From the human T2T-CHM13v2.0 reference genome, Homo sapiens: 64,000 nucleotides of DNA. Every line of letters starts with the position of its first letter. Within the stretch, counting starts at the first letter, position 1. Of the stretch, positions 14,305 through 30,160 are shown in pieces. The stretch lies in NCBI RefSeq assembly GCF_009914755.1, contig NC_060942.1; one strand, given 5' to 3'. The notes under the pieces were generated by a model that saw only the letters and a program-made list of their open reading frames with translations, ran no database searches and was not told the DNA's origin. The position numbers and the translations under genes are program-made.

Positions 14305-16399
14305 ATTCCCACAAATGCAATGATGATCTACAAGAGTAGCATCTGAGCCCCTCATGTTGTGTAGCTTACATTTTATTTCATTTTCATAAGTTAATAAAGA
14401 TGTTTACTTTCTTCTCATTTGAAAAAAAATAACTGTTATATAAACAGCAGGCCTGTGGATATATTTAAGACTAGAACTTCCCCTGACATTTCTTCCGGAT
14501 AAACTTGTCCTTTGGTCCTCAATTGGGTATCTCTGGGGTGTGAATGATCTGGAGAAATGTCTTTCTTTTTGAAGTTGTAAAGCATAAATGAGAAATTGGC
14601 AGTAGGGATTATTTATGCCTATGCTGCCCCTTCCAAACTAATCCCACATGCCAATCTTTATGTCTCTAGTAGAGAAGCCACTGAATGGGGAGAGATGTGT
14701 TCATGGTATCTGCAACTAGAATTCAGAAAGAACTTCTTCATATCACTAGGAGCTACATGCCACATAAAATATTGTTTAAAGTGTTTAAAATATTGCTTAA
14801 AGTGTTTTGTATGGATGCATTAAGGTTCAAATTTTTTAATTTTGTTTTTCTTAGAATCTACCCTTAAACATAAAGCTTGCTTCAAATGACCAAGAGAAGA
14901 ATTCATAGAACTTGACCCATTTGTAAGTTGGAGACAGTTGGAATATTATACTAATACATAATGCTAAAGCATATATGTTCTATGTATATTTAACAATATG
15001 TGAAGACATTTGAGATGACAATGAATAAAACCTTAGGTTTCTTGTGCAGAAAAAATGAAAATTGTAGAGGGAAAAAAATCCCAGACTGCTACTGAGCTGT
15101 CTGAGACAGCTAAACTTGAAATTGATTCTGGCAAGGCCATTACGGGGGTAATTGTCCAAGAGAATGTTTTCTTAGACAGGAAATTAGAGACAGGGAAAAC
15201 ATTATTAAAACTAAAAATTTGTAGATTTTTGAGTCTGCCAGAATGTGTAGCAGCTATTGTATCCCCTTATGGGATTAACGATTAAATTGAATTTCAGTTA
15301 GACTCTGAATTTGAGCTGAATTCCAAGTTAAAGAATCTTCAAGGAGAGAGAAAACAGGCAGAGAGATTCAATATGTTGTTGGATACAGTGAAACCCGCCC
15401 CCCACACCCTTGCTGGAAAATCACATGTTCTAAGACGTTACCAAAAAAAAAAAAAAAAAGGAAAGTGAGGGGTTTTATTGCTTATATTAAGTGAACCATC
15501 AAAATGTTTTGATTGGTGCTTTTGAAAAATCTGGCCATATTTCTGCACCAAATTCACCATATGTATGTGATTCCAGAAGTTAGACATGACAAGATATGAA
15601 AAATATCTGTCACTAAATCTTACAATTAAACTCTAGCAAAATTTAGAATTGATTAATTCAGGAGGGTGGGTGGGTATGAATATGTGTGTTGTGTATGTAT
15701 TATGTGAGTGTATTTATATGGACAGGGAATGGCATGGCAGGACTTAAAATGTTAACTTGAAAAGAAAACTTCTTGAATATATGAATTACAGTGATTACTC
15801 ATTTTAATCCATATTATTAAGTAATCAAGTAACTTTTTATTTGGCCTATATACATATAGTTCTTTGGATTTTCATTTTAAAATTCAACTTTATTAACATC
15901 ACAGCTTCTTCCTCTCTGCATTGATATAAAACAATGACTGTACTATGTCATGTAGATAGGCATTTTTGGATAAGACATGATCTACATTTATTAACAACTC
16001 GTTTATTTAACATTATAAGTTCTGCATAGTGAATTTTCCAGATAACCAGAATTAAACACATGAAGTTTTTATTTTAACCATTTTAGTGGAAAGGGCTCAA
16101 CTTTTCTCATTTTGTAAGGAAACCATTCTTACGGGGAATCCAAGTGAGTATTAGATAATTATGAGAAGGAAATCCTGATAGCCAGTCAGCAGGAATTAGA
16201 ATATAATGTACAATTTAAATGATGTACAATAAAGTGATACTTTTGCATGACATTTAAAGATATGAAAAATGGTCACTCTATCATGCTGAATGGAAAAAGA
16301 AGTATGTAAAGCTGTAATCTGTATTATCTCAATAATAATCCTCATGTAGAGTATGCACACATGTAGAGTATGCACAAGAAAATATAAAACATCAAATTA

Positions 16400-16828
<429 letters not shown>

Positions 16829-17439
16829 TCAGAGTTTTTTCCCAAAGGTTGTTGGTTTTTAAGTTATATGATATATAGCCTGTTTATCCCCTATATAATA
16901 GTACCTATGCATATTAAGCAATTAATAAATGTTCCTATATGAATAATAGGTGCTCAGAGAACATTCATTCATTTTGACTTTGCAGAAAAATATCTCCTCA
17001 AAATTTCTGAGGGCATTTTTATAAACAAGCTGTCCTTGGACTATTTCACTCAAGAGAAAGCTTCCTTTTAGAGACTCAGATTGTTCTTACAGATGCACTC
17101 ATTTACCACAAGAGGCAAAGGGGTTCACTAGGAGGTTAAATACAGATACCTGATCCTTCATCTGTATCTACATTCTACAAAGCAAAGTAAGGACATACTG
17201 TTTATAGTTCTCAGTCAGAGTAAACCCTTGAGGATGGGCTACTCCAGCCCAAAATGTCTGCCAAAAGCTAGAAATTGCCTGACTTGCTGCCTACATTAAT
17301 CATGTGAATGGGAAACCATACAATTAGTTCAGTGCTGCATGGAATAAACTAAGTTCTCAACAAACATCTAGGTCTTCCCTTCAGTTCTCTGTGGATCATC
17401 GAAAGGCAGCAAGAAAAAGAAATGGAGAGTTACCTTGGC

Positions 17440-17619
17440 TAAAATGCTTTATAGTGGTTTCCAAGGTAGTGATATTTAATTTTTTTAAAAATTTTTTATT
17501 TTATTTTTCCATAAGTTATTGAGGTACACTATAAAATGCTTTATAGTGGTTTCCAAGGTAGTGATATTTAATTTTTTTAATATTTTTTATTTTATTTTTC
17601 CGTAAGTTATTGAGGTACA
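17440..17619. repeat. Tandem duplication (89 and 88 bp units) spanning the L1 3' junction
   Basis: 17440-17528 and 17532-17619 differ at about 3 positions and are separated by CTA. Confidence 0.97.
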
Positions 17620-18482
17620 GGTGGTATTTGGTTACATGAGTAAATTCTTTAGTAGTGATTTGTGAGATTTTGGTGCACCCATCACCTGAGCAGTACACAC
17701 TGCACTATATTTGTAGTCTTAGATCCCTCAGCCCCCTTCCACTCTTCCCCCCAAGTCTCCAAAGTCCGTTGTATCATTCGAATGCCTTTGCATCCTCATA
17801 GCTTAGCTCCCACATATCAGTGAGAACATACAATGTTTGATTTTCCATTCCTGAGTTACTTCACTTAGAATAATAGTCTCCAATCTCATCTCCATTAAAT
17901 GCTGTTAATTCATTCCTTTTTATGGCTGAGTAGTATTCCATTTTGTGTATGTATATATATATATATACACACATACATACATACATACATACATATACAC
18001 ACCACAGTTTCTTTATCCACTTGTTGATTGGTGGGCATTGGGTTGGTTCCATGATTTTGCAATTGTGAATTGTGCTGCTATAAACATGCCTGTGCAAGTA
18101 TCTTATTCGAATAATGACTTCTTTTTCTCTGAGTAGATACCCAGTTGTGGGATTGCTGGATCAAATGGTAGTTCTACTTTTAGTTCTTTAAGGAATCTCC
18201 ACACTGTTTTCCATAGCAGTGGTACTAGCTTACATTCCCACCATCAGTGTAGAGTGTTCCCTGTTCACCGCGTCCACGCCAACATCTACTGTCTTCTGAT
18301 TTTTTGATTATGGCCATTCTTGCAGGAGTAAGGTGGTATCACATTGTGGTTTTGATTTGCATTTCCTTGATCATTAGTGATGTTGAGAATTTAGAAAAAA
18401 AAAATATCAAAAAGTGGGCTAAGGACATGAATAGACAATCCTCAAAAGAAGATATACAAATGGGCAACAAACATATGAAAAA
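17480..18482 (-). mobile_element. L1PB (L1PB1-like), 5'-truncated, with a 5' inversion (about 18393-18482)
   Basis: L1PB 3' end text (gtacaggtggtatttggttacatgagtaa); orientation switches near 18392; TSD AGTGATATTTAAT / AGTGACATTTAAT. Confidence 0.9.
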
Positions 18483-18639
18483 GTGACATTTAATCTTTAA
18501 GATCATTGTGGACTGGGTGATCCACAACAGCAGTGTTTTCACTTCTTTGGCCAGAGCTAATTAGAACAAACTCAAAGGGCCATTTGACCAGGGTGCCATT
18601 CGACTTGTAGGCACCACACCTGAAGTCATGTATTGCAGT

Positions 18640-18890
18640 GTGTGGAGGCAGAACTGAATAGTAGTTTGTGGGCTGGGCTGTGGATGTGGGCCACATGGAT
18701 TCCTTTTAACTGGCATTCTTGAGCATGACACTTAAAGTCTCTGTGCTTTAGTTTCCTCATCTGTAAAATATGACTAGTATTAGAAACTACCTCCCAAGGC
18801 TTTTGAGCTGATTAAATGAGATAATTTATGCATGATGCTTAACACAGTTCCAATGACATTTAAGTGTTCAGAAAATGTTATCTTTTCCTT
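18640..18890. mobile_element. MIR SINE
   Basis: ctctgtgctttagtttcctcatctgtaaaat...gattaaatgagataat. Confidence 0.8.
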
Positions 18891-18994
18891 ATGATTATAA
18901 ATAAACATAATAGTACATGTAAATATTATAAATTCTTAATGTGCCAAAAGGATGACGGGATTATAGCAAATCTGTCCTGGCAGGTGATAGTCAA

Positions 18995-19530
<536 letters not shown>

Positions 19531-22374
19531 CCATAAAGAGAATACAGTGAACCAGGGGAGAATATATAGGAGCTGAAGAAAATGCAATACTTAGGGAAAC
19601 ACTAACGGAGTCGACTGTCTGAGAAATTACACTGATTCAGTGATTAGCAAGCAAAAAAAGTAGTAGTAACCATTATAGAAGCAAGTGATTACATAAACAG
19701 AATATCAAGGAATAAACAGCAGTTAGCCTATTTGAGGCCAAGGGGAGGGATACCATTGATGAGAAAGGGAGATAATAAGGAAGGGCAAATACATATAAAG
19801 GTTTATATTACCAACTAAGGAAAACAAGGAATGCCATCTTCATCCTGTATAGGTCCATGTTCCAAGGCAATGATAAAACACAGAAATTAATCAGTGGTGC
19901 TGTATACAATTTGGAAAACGTATATGGGTGCACACATCAAGAATGTTGGGGCTAACTATAAGATGACTAAGGCAGAAATAATAGAACCTAGAGAAATCAG
20001 CAAAATCTAGTTTTCTGCTAAGCTAAAAGTAGATGACAACCTCTTGGGAAATATACAAAGATACAGAAGAACACTTAGTCTACCCAAAGATAATCATGGG
20101 ATGATGTTCTCTACTGGGTTACATAGTCTTTGGGAATTTCAAGACCGCAGCACCTTCCCAAGACAAAAAGCCCTACAAAACATTAAGGCAGAAATACTTT
20201 AGTGGGGAAGAAATTGTGACTTTATGGGATAAAGTTGCCAAAGCTACAAAACTTCTCATCATTTTTTCTTGCATAGATTTGGCCAGCAATGTATAAAGAC
20301 ACAAAATGCCAACATCTGAATAAGCATACATAGTTTCTTTGAGTCTATAAGGTTCAAGTCTGTAAACCACATCAGTTGTAATTAATGTAAACTCTCCATT
20401 CTCAAATGTAGCATAACTTCTCTCATGCCTCACCTGCTGAAAACAGAAGGGTCAGGCAACTGAGTGACCTGAAGGTCCATCCAGAACTTCTGAGATTTCC
20501 TGAGTCCTCTTTCAACCAATCACATAGGACAAGCTTAAAATGAGGCAAAGCACAGCGATGCACATTTAGATGCAAAGACTGCTTCTGTAGAACCTGAATT
20601 TCCCACAGAATGTCCAGCATTTCCCTTCACTTGGGCTATGTAGACTATTTCCCCATCAATCTTTGGTAAAAGACTAAGTAGTGCAGGGAGCAGCTTTCAC
20701 GTTAAACTAAACTAATGGAATCAAAACAGACCTATTACTAGCTGCTATCTACAGGGAAGAAAATTCTTACCATGTACTATGTTCCAATTTTGGAACCAAT
20801 AGATACCTGCTGAGACATTAAGTTCATTAGATTTATTCTTCACTAACATTCTGAATTGTACGATTTCTTCACTGATGCTCCTTTCATGGTTCCATCATCA
20901 TTACAAGGCTCTTGGGAGACAGACTTGGGAGCAGTATATGGAAGCTCTGCTCTGTCACACATATGGTTGGATACATCAAAAGCAGTGAAGGATGCAAGGT
21001 TGAAATTAACTCAGTTTAGCTAAAACATCATTTCTGTTGGACTCAGAGCAAGATGCACGAACTAAGGGTTTCGGAAGCATTTTGTTGCTTTTCTTCAACG
21101 TTGGGGGGAATAATAACGATGCACCTAGTAATTATTGAACTCTGAATATTTTAATGGTTCCCCAAAATGTTGGTTTAAACCTGTAAGTAGTTATAAATGG
21201 GGAAACAAAGACTGGAAGGAAGACAATTTATTAAAATGTTAAGATATGCTTTATTTGGGTGGTGAGAATACAGATTTTTCTTCTCTATTTTCTGTATTTC
21301 CAAGTTTTCTAATAAGTATTTGTATTCTTATATGGTGGAGAAAATATATAATGAATTTTATTACATTTGTTTATCTAATATCTTCTAGCATATTTGGAGG
21401 AAAAAAAAAGAAAGAGAAAATTAGCTTATTTCCTGATGTGACAGATGGATGTCTGGGAACTACATTTTTAAAATGATTTTAATAAATGAGAGTAGGCAAA
21501 ATAATAACATTTTTCTGGCATTTAAGCTTAATATAAATGAGTAAAAAGGCACAGTCCTACTACCTTAATGAAATACTTCTGCCAAAAAATCATTCATTTT
21601 TATTTGTCATATGAATAACTCAGTGTGATTCCCCAACTCCCATCATTGGTTCTACTTGTTTCCTTTCTGCCGCTTTACCTTTCCCTTTTTCTTTCTCCCC
21701 ATCTCCAGCTTTATTGTACAGATAAAACAACAGTCACCATTATTCAAATACATATAATAAAGACGTTTGTCTTTTGAAGTAGCAGACTTAACATTTCATG
21801 TTTATTTTCCATCTTGCTTCCCACCCATAAATTAGGTTTGTGTGAATTGCTCTATATTGATCATTAAAATGAGGTAGATATTATTCTAATTCGAGAAATA
21901 GGTAGTAACTAGGATATATTTGCAATTAATGAAAATTTTTTGATATGTCTACGCTACAAGTCAACATTTAAAAACACGTTTCTCAGCACATATACACTAA
22001 AATGTGTATTTTAGGCCATTATAAGTACTATAAGTACAAAAATTGCCGTGTCTAAAACAATTTGTACTTTTGCATTTGCAATTTCCTTGGTCTATTATAA
22101 ACAACTGCACATTTTATAGAGCACATTTAAATGCATTATTTCCATTCTTAAAAATGTACTCTTTTTAAAAAGAGCATTAAAAGAAATGTTAATGTGGCCA
22201 TTTTACTAATTTCACGCGGGCAAAGGGTGAATCAGTTGAAGCTTGGGAAATCAAATAAAATATTCTAACTCTGTTGACAAGATATGTGATCTTGTACTTA
22301 GGCAGTATAGCAGTCAATCAATCAGACTGAGGCTGACACTGCATAGGATAAATATTACCAGACAAAAAAGACCA

Positions 22375-22605
22375 TCGACAGTGTATAGTCCCGTAGGCTT
22401 CCAAGCCAGAGAGATCTGGCTGTCATGTCCAGCTCTACCATTCATTCGTGTGACCTGGGGGGTGTTTCTTATTTGTACTGAGACTTACTTTCTTCATCAG
22501 TCACTGTGTGTGAAAAAAACAGTACCCATCTCATAGGCCTTCTGTAAATGAAACAATGCACATGAAACATTTCATGTAATGAGAAGTCTGCAGTAATGCT
22601 CAACC
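22375..22605. mobile_element. MIR SINE
   Basis: ccagctctaccattcattcgtgtgacctggg...aacagtacccatctcatagg. Confidence 0.7.
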
Positions 22606-23277
22606 AAGGGTGTTTGCCACAGTTTTGTTTCTGTTGTCCTCATCCGCCTGCGACCCAGTCATTTAGCCTACAATGCAGAGTCCAGCTCTTCCTGGACCCC
22701 GTTCTAGTGGCTAATCCACAATGCCCATTCACCTGATTTTCTTGAGGCATCTCCAGTCCAGCAACAGGCATTAATCCAGACCCTACTCTGTGTGCAGTGT
22801 CATGACAGGCAGACTCCTTGGAGAAAATAAATAGACTGGGGTGCAAAATAAACATAATATTGTTTTTAAAACCTAACAGTCTTAATGCTAAAATTCTTCC
22901 AGCACACACAGGGCTCCTGACTCCCGCCCCTGTACTTCTTACCTTGCCTACAAATTCCCAGTTTGGTGTCTTATAAATAGTAGAACTTGATCACATTATT
23001 ATGACGTGGATTTAACCTAAGCCCCAACGGGCTCCTTTCCTCCTTCAAACTTAGCACCTCCTGAGCCATGTGACTAATCCTATACTTACTTAGCAGGGTG
23101 AACAGAAGCAGCCAATATGCCAGACACACAGAGGCCCGGCCTCAAGCAGATCCCTCCATGGAGTTGCTCTGGCCTGTGCTCTGCCACAAGGCTGCTGCCC
23201 TGTCTGGGAGCCATCTCTGATGGGAACCAGACAATTTTCATGTACCTGAGTCCATTCTCCAATAACCCGCCCAGGAC

Positions 23278-23621
<344 letters not shown>

Positions 23622-24422
23622 TAATCCAGGAATGAAGGCCTCCTCTGAGTCCTCTGAGTCCCGCTTTCTAGAGGCACTTACTTTTTAAACTCCCTCACCC
23701 TGGCCAGGGGCCCACATACCTGGATTTCTCTGATTCCTGGGATGGCTGAGACGCTCTGGCTGACTCTTGGCTGTCACTCCCTCCAGATCACTCTGTTCTT
23801 TGGAGACCAAATTGCCCTCAAAGGATGCAAATTGCCCTCACTGGTCTCTCCAGTCACCATGCTCCCCATCCACAAGTAGTGTGCCTGCTTCCTACATGCC
23901 AGCATCACTTAGCTGGCCTCTTCTCAGTAGCCACAGGCTTCTTAGCTCCTTCTCTGACATGGAAGATCTGAGAATGTGGCTGCAGTTACGGTGTTGGAGC
24001 CCAGAGGTGTCGCAGTCGAGAAACAACTAGAAGTCTTATGGCTTTCATTGTAAAGGCTTCAAAGTATATGGATTTTTTCCCCTCCATTAATTTAGTTCTG
24101 AATCTGTAAATGCCATCTGGGATTCTTTAAAAGTTTTCTCAACCAGTGTTTGTTGTTTGAGAAATACTATGACTTGCCTCATTGTGGGCTGTTGAGAGAA
24201 TTGATGCTCTGTTCTTTGTTCCACTGCACGCCACCTGAGAGGCACTTGTCTGTTTACTAATGCACGGAGAGCAGTATTTTTAAAGGATGAGAGGATTGGG
24301 AAAGTAGCCTTGAAACAGACCCAAATGAAACAGAAAAAGGATAATATTAGGGCTGCTAGAGATGGAGGATCCTGGAAAATATGCTTCTTCAATACAAATC
24401 ATATATGTGTGTGGATGTAGAT

Positions 24423-24432
24423 TATATATGTG

Positions 24433-24487
<55 letters not shown>

Positions 24488-24488
24488 G
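24423..24488. repeat. Compound (TA)n(CA)n microsatellite
   Basis: About 65 bp of alternating purine-pyrimidine, read directly. Confidence 0.97.
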
Positions 24489-25399
24489 CCAAGATTTGTA
24501 AGTAAGCCATCTCTACCTTCCCATAAGAAAGAGAGCTGGAGCCTCAGCAGGGGTAAATGAGCTTCCTGCAGGTTTAAGAAGCTGTTCCCTGATCCAAACC
24601 GGAGTGCTTGAACAGTTCCGATAATGAAATGAAATGAATTTTCAACTGCTATAGAAATGCTGCTCAGCCGACCCAGACAGGCATCTCCATTGGTGCTCAC
24701 ACAGAAAATGAGTTTATCACAGATGTTCCATCTCTTAAAAGTCTTCCTCCCATTTTATTTTAAGCAACTCGCTCTCTGAATTGGTCCTTCACAAGGTTAT
24801 CCACATCTGAGCAGCAGAAAGAGCACCTGACCTGCCTCATACCTTTCCTGAGAGCAAAAGCAGCAAATGCATTGTTCAACCTGGCCATCCTGGTGGAGGG
24901 ATATTTTTGGAGTGAGGTTAGCCAAGCACACGTGAGTGAGCACCAGCCCAGCAGCCCACCTGTGTACACAAACACACACACTCCCAGGTCCAAATTATGT
25001 TAGGAATTTCCTGATGAGAAAAATTTATTTACTTATGTATTCACATGTGTAGGTCTTTCCAAGTTACTGAGATTTGAACACGTAAGAAAATTACATTTCA
25101 ATGAGTAAAAATGACCATAAGAAAGCTAAACATCAGACTGAGAAAAATATTTGCAATAAGTGACAGACAAAGGTTTATTATTATTCTTTTTTTACAGAAA
25201 GGGATCTTACCAACCCTAAGAAACAAGTAAAATCTTTCATTCCCCTCCTCCAGCTTAAAACTGCATAAAGGGCAGAACCAGCTAATTCACAAAAGAGAAT
25301 ATATAATTGCTCAATAAGTGCATGAAAACAATTCAAATATCTAGTAGTCACAGGAAGATTTTTTTACAATTTGAAATGGCACCAATTTTTATTTGTTTA

Positions 25400-25784
<385 letters not shown>

Positions 25785-25926
25785 TTATTGTTTTAGAAGT
25801 CAATTTAGTTTACATGTCGATTGATCTGATTTGTGAAAACAATTTTAAAATATAATAAAATATTTGTTTCAGTATGTTAATAATTCTAGGCTGTAAAAAC
25901 AACATATTTACCAATAAAATATATGA

Positions 25927-26428
<502 letters not shown>

Positions 26429-26622
26429 TAAAACATTGTATGTATGTTTTTAAAAATACACGTACATACCTTAGTTTTCTTGCTGAGAAGTTTTAATATC
26501 TAGGTCTTTGAATAGTTTTCTCACCCCACCTTTATTTGAACAGTGGATATGCATGAAGGACTTCCAGGCCACTGAAAGTTGTCTGCGCATATGAGGTGTG
26601 GAGAGAGAGAGTCACATCTGAC

Positions 26623-26692
26623 TTATCGGCCACATGGCTCTGTAATTATATATAATGTTATTGGTCACATAGCTCTGTAATTATATATAATG
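26623..26692. repeat. 35-bp tandem duplication
   Basis: ttatcggccacatggctctgtaattatatataatg versus ttattggtcacatagctctgtaattatatataatg, 3 mismatches. Confidence 0.95.
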
Positions 26693-29131
26693 TTGCAAAT
26701 CCTAGTTTTCCATTTTCTCTGACTGTATGCTTTTGTTTAAAAAGAAATCACCAGCACATCTCATTATACAGGATGCCATCAGTGTACTTTTTTAGGAAGT
26801 GGACTGAATTTGAAACATTGCTTTTATTTTAGTTTTGCAGCTCTGAGTTTGGTAATGTCCTGGGCACGGGCTGTATTTCACTGCAGAGTCCACGTGTAGT
26901 CCAAGTGGGGTTGTTGCCTATGCCTAATGTTACAGTACTCTGCAGTTTACAGTGCATTGCATAACTCCAAGATTGAAGAGTGCATCTGGTCCAGATGATG
27001 TGGACGTGGCATGATACATACCAACGAATGCAGAAAGCTCCCATGTGGATGCGGATGGACTCAGAGAGAGCCTGCTGTGTTTCCAGAAGGTCTGATATGA
27101 TCTTTACTCACCCAGACTTTATCACCCACACAGGCTGGATTTCCAGCTATCAAGCAGAATGAAGGTTTGAATTATTGTGATTTTGGTGCTAGAAAGAAAT
27201 TTAGCTTCATGGATTATGAAATTCTGTAATATACTTGCCATATATGTAAAAGTGTTTGACATAAAGTCTGGCTCAAATTAAGGAACCCAAAAATGGTAAT
27301 GCCAAGAGTAGACTTCGGAGGTTATAGGAATGGATTCAAACATTAGTTTATCAAATTCCGCGCTCTTAACTTTTGTGGTATAGCGGGTTTTTGGTTATAA
27401 TAACACTAAGAATTGATGGATATGTAATTCATCATTTTAGGTATTTAGGGCTCATATTCTTTATGAAATGACTTCTTTGCAAAGATGCCTGCAAGAATAA
27501 AGGAGGATGGAAAGAAAGCTGCAAAAATGACTTTCCATTGGCTCCCCAGTGGACAAGATAAAAGTGGGAGAAGCACAGAGACGTATCTCAAAGGCAGGAA
27601 GAGGCTGGCTTAAAACAGCCGTGGATTAATGTGAGAAGGCCCAGGCCCCTTAGTATTTCTGCAAATCAGACCCAATACTCAGGTACCAACCATCTTTGAA
27701 AAGTTAAGTAATTCCCAGTAGCCTCATTTGTACCTTATTATAAATTGCAACGATCAAAACAGTCTCTGCCTGTTAGTCCACGGACTGAGAAGTCCACGGA
27801 CTTTAACAGAAGTGTTAAAGAGAGGCAGAGTTTGAAAAGATGGACACTAGATGTGAGTGAGAGGGAGTTTGACCAGCCTGAGGCTCTGGAAGCCAATGAC
27901 AGGTAGTAGAGGGATTCAGAAACCAGAGAAAAAGGCCATAATGACCACAGCTAACAGAACACCTCTGGCCATGTATCGATTACATGGATTTTCCAAGTTT
28001 ATTAGTTTCACAGAGAATTACGGGCTAATGGGTCTACCCTTTCAAAACTCAGACGCCCCAGCTTCACTCTCAGGGTCTTTCCTTGCACTTTTGCAAATAC
28101 AAAGCAAGTTCACTCACTACTGAATTAAAGCGATACGTACATTTAATAGAAAATATCATCAACATGTGTATTTTAAACGTGTGCTTTTAATCATATGTAA
28201 ATTGTATCTCAATAAATAAAATATAAGAAAAAGCCAGCTTTTGAAATTTAAAGTTGAATTTTTCTAAGGCTTTGAAAGCTTGGCTTGGGTAAAGTAAATG
28301 ATTCTTTTCCTTTAATTCCACCAGCTCACATTCACCTAACCAGAAGAAGGCCTGGCGATGTAGTGCAGGTGAAATTTTACTGAAAGCAATGGGGTAGAGG
28401 GTTCTGAATGGGGGACTTGGGGTACTGGATAAGGGAGAAACACTACATAGGTTCATGGAAAGTCTGAAAGCAGGGAATCCTGAGAAGAGACTTTCAAAGT
28501 AGGTTTGAAGGATTTCACGTCAGTTGCCAAGGCAGGTGGTTAGACAGATAAGCCTGAGTGTTCTTGGCTCCTTAGGGACTAAAAATGGAAACTGCTTGTG
28601 AGAAATCCAGAAAGTTCTCTGTGCTTAATGGAGGGAGGACTTGGAAAAACTTTCAAAGATAGTGGACAAGCTGAAGTCTGGGTCAGCAAAAGGAGGCCTT
28701 TATGTACTGGGATTTGACAATTAGAAGCAAAAGGCAAGGATCAGAATCTAGAGCAATGGGTGGCATCATGATGTTTCAAGAAACCAGATGAAAGCAGGGT
28801 ACTCCAATAGGCAACCTCCAGGATGCAAGCCAAAGTGTCACCAGCAGAGACATGTGAACATCTACAGACACTGACCCAATATGGGAAGGTTGAAAAAGCT
28901 AAATGGCCAACCATTTGCTCAAAAGACGCCAAAGCATCCAATGAAGACGGCCTGAGCATAAAAATTCTGAGATAAACATTTAATTGCAAATATAAAGTCA
29001 ATTTTTTTCTTGCTACTGAGAAAGGTAGGGATTTATTTAGGGTTATTTAGGGATTTATTTAGGATTATTAAATTAGTTATATAAATGATAGAATATACCT
29101 CTTCACACATTTGAATTACACTGAATATAAG

Positions 29132-29302
29132 TTTTTAAACGGCTTTATTGAGATCTAATTTACCTACCGTATTACCATATAGTTCACCCATTTAAAGTGC
29201 ATCCTTCAATGGTTTGTGGTACATTTGCAGAGTTGTACAACTATTACCATAATCTAATTTTAGACTTTTATATTATCCCCAAAAGAAAACTCATGCACAT
29301 TG
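29132..29302 (-). mobile_element. L1MB-type 3' end fragment
   Basis: ctttattgagatctaattta...ttcacccatttaaagtg...gagttgtacaactattacca...ccccaaaagaaaac. Confidence 0.8.
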
Positions 29303-29729
29303 AATGTAAAATTTTGATCACACTTGATAATTTAAAAACTTTTGGATGAAATTTTAAAAGTAGGTTGGGAGAGGAAATTTTATTAAAATGATCCAAGGGC
29401 ACTGGATCTCAGGAATGGACTAGACCTAGGAACAGGAAGTCCACCCTATTTCTCTCTGTGTCCCTACTTCTCTCAAGTGTCTGCTCTATTCTGTATTCTC
29501 TGCCAGAGACCAAATTTCTAGTGTTTTTCAGAGTCACCCACAACAGCTTGGGAGGCCTCATAAATATTGCAGTTCCAGCGATCCTCAGACTCTAGAATTC
29601 CAAAAGCTTGGGGCAGCTAGCCACTTCCATACCACCAAGTGGTAGCTCGGGATGAAGACCCATATGTGGCTCAAACGTGATATTTAAACATCCAATCCCA
29701 TGGACCATCAACAAATTACAGGCAAGCTG

Positions 29730-30160
29730 TGTTGCAGATACTATGGAATGATTCAATAATCACACTTTCTCAATTCCCATTCTCACCTCTATCAAGTATG
29801 ATGATTGATAATTCTACTATGCAGATTAGAATTCTACAAACTTGCTCTCAGCTTCCCTTGCAGTGAATTGTAGCTTCCTGATTCCAGACAAGAAAATACC
29901 TGCAAAAATCATTGGGGAAAAAAATTAATTGGCAAAAAATAAAGAGCAATGTGATATCTATAATTGCAACAGCCATCTGTGACCATGAGATGAGAGCAAT
30001 GAGGACAAAGGCTAGTGTAAAGGATGGCAAAGCAGAAATATGGAGTAACCTGGGTCTCTGATGGTATTTGGTTTGCCCTGGACTTCATAAGATAAAAAAA
30101 TCTCTTTGTGTTTCTGCTGTTAGGCTTTCTGTTCTTGTAGGCAAACCCATGCCAACCAAT
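29730..30160. mobile_element. Old ERVL/MaLR-type LTR
   Basis: cagcttcccttgcag...gcaacagccatctgtgaccatgag...ggatggcaaagcagaaa...cctgggtctctgatg. Confidence 0.6.
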
